A DNA stretch of 64,000 nt from contig JAWVCW010000015.1 of assembly GCA_033857955.1 (NCBI GenBank), positions 59,514-123,513 on the forward strand, read 5' to 3'. This stretch comes from Gaiellaceae bacterium. Its GTDB lineage: Bacteria > Actinomycetota > Thermoleophilia > Gaiellales > Gaiellaceae. The translations under genes were made by a program, and so were the position numbers. Of the stretch, positions 9,055 to 15,789 are shown in pieces (position 1 is the stretch's first letter; every line of letters begins with the position of its first letter). A model generated the notes under the pieces. That model was not told where the DNA came from, did not search any database, and was given only the letters and a program-made list of their open reading frames with translations.

Positions 9055-9510
9055 ATGAACGAGGCGAACTATGCGTCCGGCGACGAGTACGTCGTGGAGT
9101 TCCTCGGCTACCGCTTCGGCTTCAACGCCGACGACTTCGAGGAGCGGATCACCGCCGCTGCGGTCCGACTCGGGCTGATCGGGTCCAACGACCTCGACGA
9201 CGACGAGACCGCGGACCTCGTCGAGCTCGCGGCCGACGGCCGAATCGCCGAGCCGCGCAGCCTCCTCGGCCGCTACCTCGTCCGACACTGGGAGCGCGTC
9301 GGCCTACTCGACGGCGAGTCGCTCGTCTACTGGCTTCGCAAGCTCGTTTTCCGCGGCGCCTGGCTCGACCATCGCGTCAAGGAAGGCCTGTTGGAGGTCA
9401 CCTGGGACGAGAACAGCGGCGACTTCGGCTATGCGGAGCCTCGCGGCGGCCGCGCGCTGCTCGAGCTGGCGCCGGTGCCCTCCTGGCACGAGCTGCAGTT
9501 CAGGCGATAG
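9055..9510 (+). CDS. Hypothetical protein
   Basis: Balanced, protein-like composition from MNEANYASGDEYVVEFLGYRF... with high GC3. The track ORF (8833) has an implausible N-terminal extension that overlaps the neighbouring gene. Confidence 0.55.
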   Translation: MNEANYASGDEYVVEFLGYRFGFNADDFEERITAAAVRLGLIGSNDLDDDETADLVELAADGRIAEPRSLLGRYLVRHWERVGLLDGESLVYWLRKLVFRGAWLDHRVKEGLLEVTWDENSGDFGYAEPRGGRALLELAPVPSWHELQFRR

Positions 9511-10003
9511 GGCACCCAAATCGGTCGGAGAACCAGTGCTCGCCGCGGCCGTCGGGCTTCCAGCCGGCCGCAATCAGCTGCTCGACGAGTGCCGCATGGC
9601 TTCGGAGTGCCGCGTCGGTCTGCTCCGGAGCTGCGTGGCCGCGGGCGCGGAAGGACGTAGCGGAGTACGACGCCCCGAGCGGCGATTGCGATGTGACGTA
9701 GAACTGCCAGGTGAGGTAGCCCCGCCACACGGCGATCTCGCACACCTGGAGCGGGTCGGAGTGGACCTGGGTTCTCTCGAGCTCGTCCGCGACTCGGGCT
9801 TGGGCCAAGAGATCGTCAATGAGCGTCGATTCCGGCCGCCGTTCGGTGAGGGGCTCGGGCAGGTCAAGAACCGCAACAACGTCAACGTGCTCGTCCGTGG
9901 CGCCCGCAAGCGGGCGTTCCAAGGTGCGCCGGAGTCGGTCGCCGGCGCGGACGCCGCCGGCCGCGGCGGCGCCATACAGGACGAGGAGCCAGGGGCGGCG
10001 CAT
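9500..10003 (-). CDS. Hypothetical protein
   Basis: ATG 10003 (MRRPWLLVLYGAAAAG...). The C-terminal half has protein-like composition (QVCEIAVWRGYLTWQFYVTS...). Confidence 0.5.
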   Translation of the reverse strand: MRRPWLLVLYGAAAAGGVRAGDRLRRTLERPLAGATDEHVDVVAVLDLPEPLTERRPESTLIDDLLAQARVADELERTQVHSDPLQVCEIAVWRGYLTWQFYVTSQSPLGASYSATSFRARGHAAPEQTDAALRSHAALVEQLIAAGWKPDGRGEHWFSDRFGCPIA

Positions 10004-10076
10004 CAGCGGATCGTGGACACCGCGCTTGATACTACGTTCGCGGCTGCCTTCCAACCGCGGTACGCTCGCGGTCGGC

Positions 10077-10787
10077 TTGAGGTCGTCTCCGCTCCTCCGA
10101 TGCGGCGCGCTGATCTGCTTCATCGGCGTGCTCCTGGCGCTCGACACGCAGGCGAACGTGCACGCCCAGCTGCTGCTCGGCCTCGCGGCGTGGATCGCGC
10201 TCGTGCTCGCCCTTCGCTGGGTGCGACCGCTCCTGCGCGCGCAGGCCCTCGTGGTGGTCGTCGTCGCGACGTGCGCCGAGGTCGTCGGCTCGCTCATCTG
10301 GGGCGTCTACAGCTACCGGCTCGACAACCTGCCGACGTTCGTTCCGCCCTGTCACGGGCTCGTCTACCTCGCGGGAGCGTCGCTCGCGGTCTGGGCGGCG
10401 TCGAGAAGAGAGCTACTCGTCAGGTTCGCGCTCGTGGCCGTGCTCGCCTGGGGAGTTGCGGGCGTGACGGTCCTGCCGCGAACCGACGTCGGCGGCGCGA
10501 TCGGTGCAGGGATCCTCGCGATCTACCTCGTGCGGGGCCGTGCGCCCGAGGTCTACGCCGGCGTCTTCCTCGTCGTCGCGTGGCTCGAGCTCTATGGAAC
10601 AGCGATCGGAACCTGGGAGTGGGCGGCCATGATTCCCGGAACCGGCGTGCCGCAGGGGAACCCGCCCAGCGGAGTCGCGTCCGGCTACGTCTGGTTCGAC
10701 ATCGTCGCGCTCGCGCTCGCTCCGCGGCTGCTCAGGCTGGCAGGGAGAATCCGATCGGGCTCTCAGGCTCTGCCCGACTCAGCGTAA
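10077..10787 (+). CDS. Polytopic membrane protein (hypothetical)
   Basis: About six hydrophobic helices (LICFIGVLLAL..., LLLGLAAWIALVLAL..., ALVVVVVATCAEVVGSLIW...). The start is uncertain; TTG 10077 is proposed. Confidence 0.55.
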   Translation: MRSSPLLRCGALICFIGVLLALDTQANVHAQLLLGLAAWIALVLALRWVRPLLRAQALVVVVVATCAEVVGSLIWGVYSYRLDNLPTFVPPCHGLVYLAGASLAVWAASRRELLVRFALVAVLAWGVAGVTVLPRTDVGGAIGAGILAIYLVRGRAPEVYAGVFLVVAWLELYGTAIGTWEWAAMIPGTGVPQGNPPSGVASGYVWFDIVALALAPRLLRLAGRIRSGSQALPDSA

Positions 10788-11043
10788 GCCGGCGGATCGC
10801 GCCGACGGGAACGATCAGCTCTTGCGGCTCGCCGTCCTCCGGGTGCGGTACCAGGGTGAGAAAGCCGTAGCCGGGCTCCGCGGAGATCGACGAGAGCCGC
10901 AGCACGGCGCCGTAGGAAAGCTCGACCTCGACCTGCGCCTGCTCGAGCTTCTGTTCGGCCGCGAACGACTCGATCCGCCGGTGGATCCGCGCGACGAGCT
11001 CGTCGAGCGAGGCGGCCGTCCCCGGAATCCAGAGGTCAGGCAT
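10732..11043 (-). CDS. Hypothetical small protein
   Basis: 103-aa ORF with balanced composition (MPDLWIPGTAASLDELVARIHRRIESFAAEQKLEQAQVEVELSYGAVLRL...). Confidence 0.5.
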   Translation of the reverse strand: MPDLWIPGTAASLDELVARIHRRIESFAAEQKLEQAQVEVELSYGAVLRLSSISAEPGYGFLTLVPHPEDGEPQELIVPVGAIRRLTLSRAEPESPIGFSLPA

Positions 11044-11053
11044 CGGCCGGACT

Positions 11054-11200
11054 CTACGGGAGGCCCAGCTCGACGGGCAGCGGCCTCGCGTGGACGACGA
11101 CGAGGGTGGTCGTCGGTCGCGTGAGCGCGACGTAGAGCTCGCGCAGTCCCTGGTCGCGCGCCGCGATGAGGGCCGGCTAGACGACGATCACGTGGTACGC
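11054..11200 (-). pseudogene. Remnant of the C-terminus of an SF1 (UvrD/PcrA-like) helicase or related ATPase, interrupted by an in-frame TAG
   Basis: The minus strand reads YHVIVV*PALIAARDQGLRELYVALTRPTTTLVVVHARPLPVELGLP*. LYVALTR...L resembles helicase motif VI. No upstream body remains, because the fragment abuts the palindromic element at 11221. Confidence 0.4.
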
Positions 11201-11220
11201 AGGCCGTCAAGCGACCAGGA

Positions 11221-11311
11221 CTTTGTGTTTCAGAAACACAAGCGGGGTCCGGCCCGCGCAACCATGCGGTGAGCGAGGAGCTTGTGTTTCAGAAACACAA
11301 GCTCCTCGCTC
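11221..11311 (+). repeat. Paired-palindrome element, copy 1 (CTTGTGTTTC-A-GAAACACAAG, twice)
   Basis: The first palindrome is at 11221-11242 and has one extra T. The second extends to a 41-nt perfect palindrome at 11271-11311 (GAGCGAGGAGCTTGTGTTTC-A-GAAACACAAGCTCCTCGCTC). The same architecture occurs at 22603-22692. Confidence 0.8.
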
Positions 11312-11342
11312 CCGGGAGCGAAGCGACCCTTCAGGGGTCTTG

Positions 11343-11380
11343 GCGCGATCGGAATCCGCTCCCGCGGATTCCGATCGCGC
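11343..11380 (-). terminator. Perfect 17-bp hairpin 4 nt downstream of the ruvB stop codon
   Basis: GCGCGATCGGAATCCGC-TCCC-GCGGATTCCGATCGCGC. A degenerate copy lies inside the 3' end of ruvB (11399-11438). Confidence 0.6.
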
Positions 11381-11384
11381 GCAG

Positions 11385-12428
11385 CTAGAGCTGGTCTTGC
11401 GCGAACGGAATCCGCTCCTGCGGATCCCGTTCCTGCGCCGGAAGAGCAGCACCGACGTGTGCGCGGCCGAGCTTCGTGATCACCCGGCCGCGCGGGGTGC
11501 GCTGGAGAAAGCCGAGCTGGAGCAGGTACGGCTCGTACACGTCCTCGATCGTGTCGGTCTCCTCGCCGAGCGTGACTGCGAGCGTCGACAGGCCGACCGG
11601 GCCGCCTTCGAACTTGAACGCAATCGCGCGTAGGAGCTCGCGATCGGTGCCCTCGAGCCCCTCGCCGTCGATCTCCATCAGCGTCAGCGCCTCACGCGCG
11701 ATCTCATTCGTGATCGCGCCCTGATGGCGCACCTCGGCGACGTCGCGGACACGACGGAGGATCCGGTTCGCGATTCGCGGCGTCCCGCGCGACCGGAGCG
11801 CGATCTCGGTCGCCGCGTCGTCCTCGATCGCGACCCCCAGGATGCCGGCGGACCGGCGCACGATCAGCGTCAGCTGCTCGGGCTCGTAGTAACCGAGCCG
11901 GAAGGTGAGGCCGAAGCGGTCGCGCAGCGGCGTCGTCAGCAGGCCGGTGCGGGTGGTCGCGCCGACGAGCGTGAACGCGGGCAGATCGAGCGTCAGCGTC
12001 CTGGCAGCCGGACCCTGGCCGACGATGATGTCGAGCCGAAAGTCCTCGAGAGCCGGATAGAGGATCTCCTCGATCGAGCGGTTGATGCGGTGGATCTCGT
12101 CGACGAAGAGGACGTCGCGCAGCTCGAGGCTGGTGAGGATGGCGGCCATGTCCCCCTTCCGCTCGAGCGCCGGCCCGGCGATCGTACGGATCCCGACGCC
12201 GAGCTCCTCGCGGATGATCTGCGCCAGCGTGGTCTTGCCGAGCCCGGGCGGGCCGACGAGCAGGACGTGGTCGAGGGCCTCGCCGCGGGCCTTCGCGGCC
12301 GCAAGCGCGATCGCGAGCTGCTCTTTGACGCCCTCCTGGCCGACGAACTCGTCCAGCCGACGCGGGCGGAGCGAGCGCTCGAGCTCCTCCTCGTCGGGGC
12401 TCAGAACCTCCGCGGCCACGGCACTCAC
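11385..12428 (-). CDS. ruvB: Holliday junction branch migration helicase RuvB
   Basis: Walker A motif [11 protein letters not shown], Walker B motif VLFVDEIH and sensor motifs. The ORF overlaps the ruvA stop codon. Confidence 0.97.
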   Translation of the reverse strand: MSAVAAEVLSPDEEELERSLRPRRLDEFVGQEGVKEQLAIALAAAKARGEALDHVLLVGPPGLGKTTLAQIIREELGVGIRTIAGPALERKGDMAAILTSLELRDVLFVDEIHRINRSIEEILYPALEDFRLDIIVGQGPAARTLTLDLPAFTLVGATTRTGLLTTPLRDRFGLTFRLGYYEPEQLTLIVRRSAGILGVAIEDDAATEIALRSRGTPRIANRILRRVRDVAEVRHQGAITNEIAREALTLMEIDGEGLEGTDRELLRAIAFKFEGGPVGLSTLAVTLGEETDTIEDVYEPYLLQLGFLQRTPRGRVITKLGRAHVGAALPAQERDPQERIPFAQDQL

Positions 12429-13009
12429 GCCGCCTGCCTCAGGGCCAGCCGCACGCGCTCCTCGGCCGGGAGGTCGGGGTCGACGGCGGCGAGCGCCTGC
12501 TCGGCCTCGAGCACGGAGTAGCCGAGCTCGACGAGGGCGTCGCGGGCGGTCATGTGGGTAGACGAGCCGGCGGCGCTCGAGATCTGGACCGGATCCTCGG
12601 CGCCGAGCTTCTCCTTCAGCTCCAGCACGATCCGCTCGGCGGTCTTCTTGCCGACGCCGGGGATGGCCTGGAAGCGAGCGGTGTCCTGGAGCACGATCGC
12701 CCGGCGAAGATCGGCGGCGGGCGAACCGGAGACGATCGCGAGCGCAACCTTCGGTCCGATCCCCGCCACGGTGAGCAGATGGACGAAGAGCTGCCGCTCG
12801 GCCGCGTCGGCGAATCCGTAGAGCTGAAGCGCGTCCTCCCGCACGTGGAGGTAGGTCTCCACGACGGCCTCGCTGTCCCTCTCGCCGGCGCGTTCGGCCG
12901 CCCGCACAGCCCCCGGGGTCGCGGCGAGCAGGTAACCGACGCCGTTCACGTCGAGCACGAAGCCGTCGGGCGTCCGCCCGGCGAGGACTCCCCGCAGCCG
13001 CGAGATCAT
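12425..13009 (-). CDS. ruvA: Holliday junction DNA-binding protein RuvA
   Basis: MISRLRGVL..., HhH motifs ([31 protein letters not shown]), and its position between ruvC and ruvB. Confidence 0.95.
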   Translation of the reverse strand: MISRLRGVLAGRTPDGFVLDVNGVGYLLAATPGAVRAAERAGERDSEAVVETYLHVREDALQLYGFADAAERQLFVHLLTVAGIGPKVALAIVSGSPAADLRRAIVLQDTARFQAIPGVGKKTAERIVLELKEKLGAEDPVQISSAAGSSTHMTARDALVELGYSVLEAEQALAAVDPDLPAEERVRLALRQAA

Positions 13010-13021
13010 GCTCTGCTCACC

Positions 13022-13510
13022 TCAGCCTGCGATCCGCAGGAGCGGCGGCGCGAGCGCGTGGCAGATCGCGACCGCCAGGGCGTCGGCAGCGTGATTCGGG
13101 GTCGGGTTCGCCTCCATCGCGAGGATGGCGCGCACCATGCGCTGCACCTGGGCCTTCTCCGCTCGGCCGTAGCCGCAGACCGCCTGCTTCACGCGCGCGG
13201 GAGGGTACTCAGCGCACTCGACGCCGACCACCGCGGCGGCGACGAGCACTGCCCCGCGCGCCTGCCCGACGGAGAGTGCGGTGCGGGCATCTGCTCCGAC
13301 GAACGACTCTTCCAGCGCGACGGCGTCCGGCTCGTGCGCCGCAATGAGCTCCTGCACCCGCTCGAAGATCGTCTTGAGGCGGAGCTCCGGGCGCTGCCGC
13401 GCGGGTGTTTGCCACCACCCGTGGTCGATTGCCCTGATACGGCCTCCGCTTTCTTGGACGATCCCGTACCCGCATGCAGCCGTCCCTGGATCGATGCCGA
13501 GAACCTTCAC
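13022..13510 (-). CDS. ruvC: Crossover junction endodeoxyribonuclease RuvC
   Basis: MKVLGIDPGTAACGYGIV..., with the RNase H-like catalytic D/E pattern. Confidence 0.95.
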   Translation of the reverse strand: MKVLGIDPGTAACGYGIVQESGGRIRAIDHGWWQTPARQRPELRLKTIFERVQELIAAHEPDAVALEESFVGADARTALSVGQARGAVLVAAAVVGVECAEYPPARVKQAVCGYGRAEKAQVQRMVRAILAMEANPTPNHAADALAVAICHALAPPLLRIAG

Positions 13511-13590
13511 GAGGAGAGGTTAGGCGGGCGACCGGACGTTCCTGCCGGCGGGTTCGCCATCTCACCGGCAGGGGAAGAACGGAGACCGGA

Positions 13591-14208
13591 ATGGATCCGG
13601 CAGGGGTCGTAGTCGCCGACGGAACCGAGCATCCGCTCAGGCATGCGCTTTCGATCGGGCGCGACGCCGGCAACGACATCGTGCTTGCGAAGACGACCGT
13701 CAGCAGGCAGCACGCGGTCCTCGCCTTCGTCGAGGGCCGCTGGCTGATCGAGGACCGCGGCAGCGCGAACGGGACGTTCGTGAACGGCGAGCGGGTGCCG
13801 TTCGGATCCGCTCACCCGCTCCGTCACGGCGACCGGATCGGGATCGGTGCGGCGAGCCTCGTCTTCTCCTGGCCGGCCGAGGGCGACGATCCCGAACGCA
13901 CGGACGAGCACGAGGCGCTGCCGCCCGGCGCTGCGCTGCTGTCCCCGTTCCAGCTCCAGGTCGTTCGGGCGCTCTGCGGGGCCTGGGTGAGCGGCGAGAC
14001 GGTCGACGCCCTGCCGTCGAACGAGCAGATCGCCACCACGCTCGGCACGCCCGCCGCCGCCGGATCGGTCAAGGCGGCTCCGGCGGGTCTACCTGAAGGC
14101 AGGGCTCACACACCTCCCAGCGCACGCCAAGCGCCGCGCGCTCTGCCGCGTCGCGCGGGCTCACGGCTGGCTCTGAGAGGACGGACGGTCACCCCGGTGA
14201 CCTCCTGA
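13591..14208 (+). CDS. FHA-domain protein. The C-terminal HTH-like region appears frameshifted near 14079-14081, and the alternative frame ends at 14176.
   Basis: FHA core: LSIGRDAGNDIVLAKTTVSRQHAVLAFVEGRWLIEDRGSANGTFVNGERV. After ...SNEQIATTLGTPAAAGSVKAA the annotated frame becomes P/R/A-rich junk, while the +1 frame reads RRVYLKAGLTHLPAHAKRRALCRVARAHGWL*. Confidence 0.7.
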   Translation: MDPAGVVVADGTEHPLRHALSIGRDAGNDIVLAKTTVSRQHAVLAFVEGRWLIEDRGSANGTFVNGERVPFGSAHPLRHGDRIGIGAASLVFSWPAEGDDPERTDEHEALPPGAALLSPFQLQVVRALCGAWVSGETVDALPSNEQIATTLGTPAAAGSVKAAPAGLPEGRAHTPPSARQAPRALPRRAGSRLALRGRTVTPVTS

Positions 14209-14253
14209 GCCACCTCCCGTTTCCTGTCGTACGAATCGGGAACTGACGACGCC

Positions 14254-14433
14254 ATGAACGTTCGAAAGCTGATTCAGGAACGGATCGGGCGCTCGAGCGG
14301 CGGGGTCAAGGTCGAGAGCGACGTGAATGCCGTCGTCGCGGCGAACGTCGGCGAGCGAGGTGCGGTGACGCACGTTTCGTCGACGCAGCGCTCGACCGAG
14401 AGCTCCGCGCGAGAGCGCGACGACGCGCGCTGA
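14254..14433 (+). CDS. 59-aa small protein, a divergent first member of the peptide cluster (not in the ORF track)
   Basis: ATG 14254 to TGA 14431-14433: MNVRKLIQERIGRSSGGVKVESDVNAVVAANVGERGAVTHVSSTQRSTESSARERDDAR. It shares the NA(V/A)VAANV motif with the downstream peptides. Confidence 0.4.
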   Translation: MNVRKLIQERIGRSSGGVKVESDVNAVVAANVGERGAVTHVSSTQRSTESSARERDDAR

Positions 14434-14502
14434 AGCACGCGTAACCGCTGCACGCGTTTGTGCGTTGCAACTCGGAATGCGCAAGCGAGGCAAGGGGGTC
14501 AC

Positions 14503-14697
14503 ATGACCGAGGACAGAGAGCTCACGAGAGAGGAGCTCGAGCAGCAGAAGGGCAAGAACCTGCCGGCTCGCGAGGTGATGTCGACGGTTTCGGCGAACCC
14601 GGGGCTGATCGCCATTCCCGAGGACCCGACGACGATCGAAGACATTCGGCTGCCTGAGGACAACCCGGTCGAGCCGGACCGCGGGCCCATGCCATAA
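14503..14697 (+). CDS. Small protein with the shared leader-like N-terminus but a Pro/Asp/Glu-rich C-terminus
   Basis: RBS AAGGGGG precedes ATG 14503: MTEDRELTREELEQQKGKNLPAREVMSTVSANPGLIAIPEDPTTIEDIRLPEDNPVEPDRGPMP. Confidence 0.6.
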   Translation: MTEDRELTREELEQQKGKNLPAREVMSTVSANPGLIAIPEDPTTIEDIRLPEDNPVEPDRGPMP

Positions 14698-14721
14698 CAC
14701 GCACGAGAGGAGGAGTACGGA

Positions 14722-14922
14722 ATGTCTGAACATCGCAAGCTGACGCGCGAGGAGCTCGACCAGCTCGCCGGCGAGGCGCTGCCCGAGCGGGCCGCCATGT
14801 CGCTCGTCAACGCCAACATCGCGATCCCGGTCAATGCGGCGGTCGCGGCCAACGTCCTGTCGGACGGGGCGGTCGCCTACGCGAACGCCGCCCAGAACAC
14901 GCCCATCGACCAGAGCCAGTAG
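14722..14922 (+). CDS. Leader-bearing Asn/Ala-rich small protein, paralog 1 (66 aa)
   Basis: RBS GAGGAGGAG. MSEHRKLTREELDQLAGEALPERAAMSLVNANIAIPVNAAVAANVLSDGAVAYANAAQNTPIDQSQ. Confidence 0.8.
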   Translation: MSEHRKLTREELDQLAGEALPERAAMSLVNANIAIPVNAAVAANVLSDGAVAYANAAQNTPIDQSQ

Positions 14923-14944
14923 GCCCATCGACCAGAGCCAGTAG
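14901..14944 (+). repeat. Perfect 22-bp tandem duplication covering the 3' end and stop codon of paralog 1
   Basis: GCCCATCGACCAGAGCCAGTAG occurs twice back to back (14901-14922 and 14923-14944). Confidence 0.9.
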
Positions 14945-14952
14945 GAGGACAC

Positions 14953-15153
14953 ATGAGCGAGTACCGCAAGCTGAGCGTCGAGGAGCTGAACGAGATCGCC
15001 GGCGAGGCGCTGCCGGAGCGGGCCGCGATGTCGCTGATCAACGCGAACGTCGCCGCGCCGATCAACGCCGCCGTCGCCCTGAACGCCCTCAGCGACAACT
15101 CGACTGCGTACGCGAACGCGACGCAGACCGCCGACATCGACCAGTCGAACTAG
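14953..15153 (+). CDS. Leader-bearing Asn/Ala-rich small protein, paralog 2 (66 aa)
   Basis: RBS AGGAGG. MSEYRKLSVEELNEIAGEALPERAAMSLINANVAAPINAAVALNALSDNSTAYANATQTADIDQSN. Confidence 0.8.
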   Translation: MSEYRKLSVEELNEIAGEALPERAAMSLINANVAAPINAAVALNALSDNSTAYANATQTADIDQSN

Positions 15154-15155
15154 CG

Positions 15156-15356
15156 ATGAGCGAGCACAGGAAGCTCACGCGCGAGGAGCTCGACGAGCTC
15201 GCCGGCGAGCCGCTGCCCGAGCGGGCCGCGATGTCGCTGATCAACGCGAACGTCGCCGCCCCGGTCAACCTGGCCGCCGCGCTGAACGTCGCGAGCGACA
15301 ACTCGATCGCGTACGCGAACGCGACGCAGCACGCCGACATCGACCAGTCCAACTAA
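15156..15356 (+). CDS. Leader-bearing Asn/Ala-rich small protein, paralog 3 (66 aa)
   Basis: The ATG lies 2 nt after the preceding stop codon. MSEHRKLTREELDELAGEPLPERAAMSLINANVAAPVNLAAALNVASDNSIAYANATQHADIDQSN. Confidence 0.8.
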   Translation: MSEHRKLTREELDELAGEPLPERAAMSLINANVAAPVNLAAALNVASDNSIAYANATQHADIDQSN

Positions 15357-15377
15357 AGAAAGAAGGGGTCCACACAC

Positions 15378-15581
15378 ATGTCCGACGAGTACCGCAAGCT
15401 CAGCCGCGAGGAGCTCGACGAGCTGGCCGGCGAGGCGCTCCCGGAGCGCGCCGCGATGTCGCTCATCAACGCGAACCTCGCAGCGCCGGTGAACGCCGCC
15501 GTCGCCGCCAACGTCCTGTCCGACAATTCCGTCGCGTACGCCAACGCGACGCAGGACGTGGACATCGACCAGAGCAACTAG
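15378..15581 (+). CDS. Leader-bearing Asn/Ala-rich small protein, paralog 4 (67 aa)
   Basis: RBS GAAGGGG. MSDEYRKLSREELDELAGEALPERAAMSLINANLAAPVNAAVAANVLSDNSVAYANATQDVDIDQSN. Confidence 0.8.
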   Translation: MSDEYRKLSREELDELAGEALPERAAMSLINANLAAPVNAAVAANVLSDNSVAYANATQDVDIDQSN

Positions 15582-15593
15582 GTCACGCAGCCA

Positions 15594-15619
15594 GAGGGGC
15601 GGCCCAGCGGCCGCCCCTC
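15594..15619 (+). terminator. Perfect 11-bp GC hairpin 12 nt after the last peptide gene (candidate attenuator or partial terminator)
   Basis: GAGGGGCGGCC-CAGC-GGCCGCCCCTC. There is no T tract, and the only nearby ATG (15620) follows immediately. Confidence 0.55.
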
Positions 15620-15789
15620 ATGCGTCTCCGGAGCCGACCATCACCGCCACCGAAGAACCCACCCAGATCCAGAAGGCAGCCGCCGACGGCGGGCCGCCGC
15701 AGCTCTCCGAGGGGATCGAGCTCGTCGGCGAGTACCAGGAGTCGGGTTACGAGGAGTCGCCCTACATCGCGCGCCTCGCAGACGGCCAG

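Noticed and set aside
11221-11311. The spaced palindromic repeats (here and at 22603-22692, 37716-37790 and 8678-8802), considered as a small CRISPR array.
   Set aside because: There are only two repeat units per locus, spacings vary, no cas genes are present in the window, and each repeat is fully self-complementary with a 1-nt centre. They are better described as REP-like doublets or binding sites.
14161-14952. A 263-aa minus-strand ORF overlapping the small-protein array. Other antisense ORFs lie at 14499-14852, 14877-15137, 15089-15352 and 15353-15577.
   Set aside because: They run antisense to five plus-strand genes that have ribosome-binding sites and conserved paralogous products. Their composition is junk-like, and their reading frames are not conserved between repeat units.
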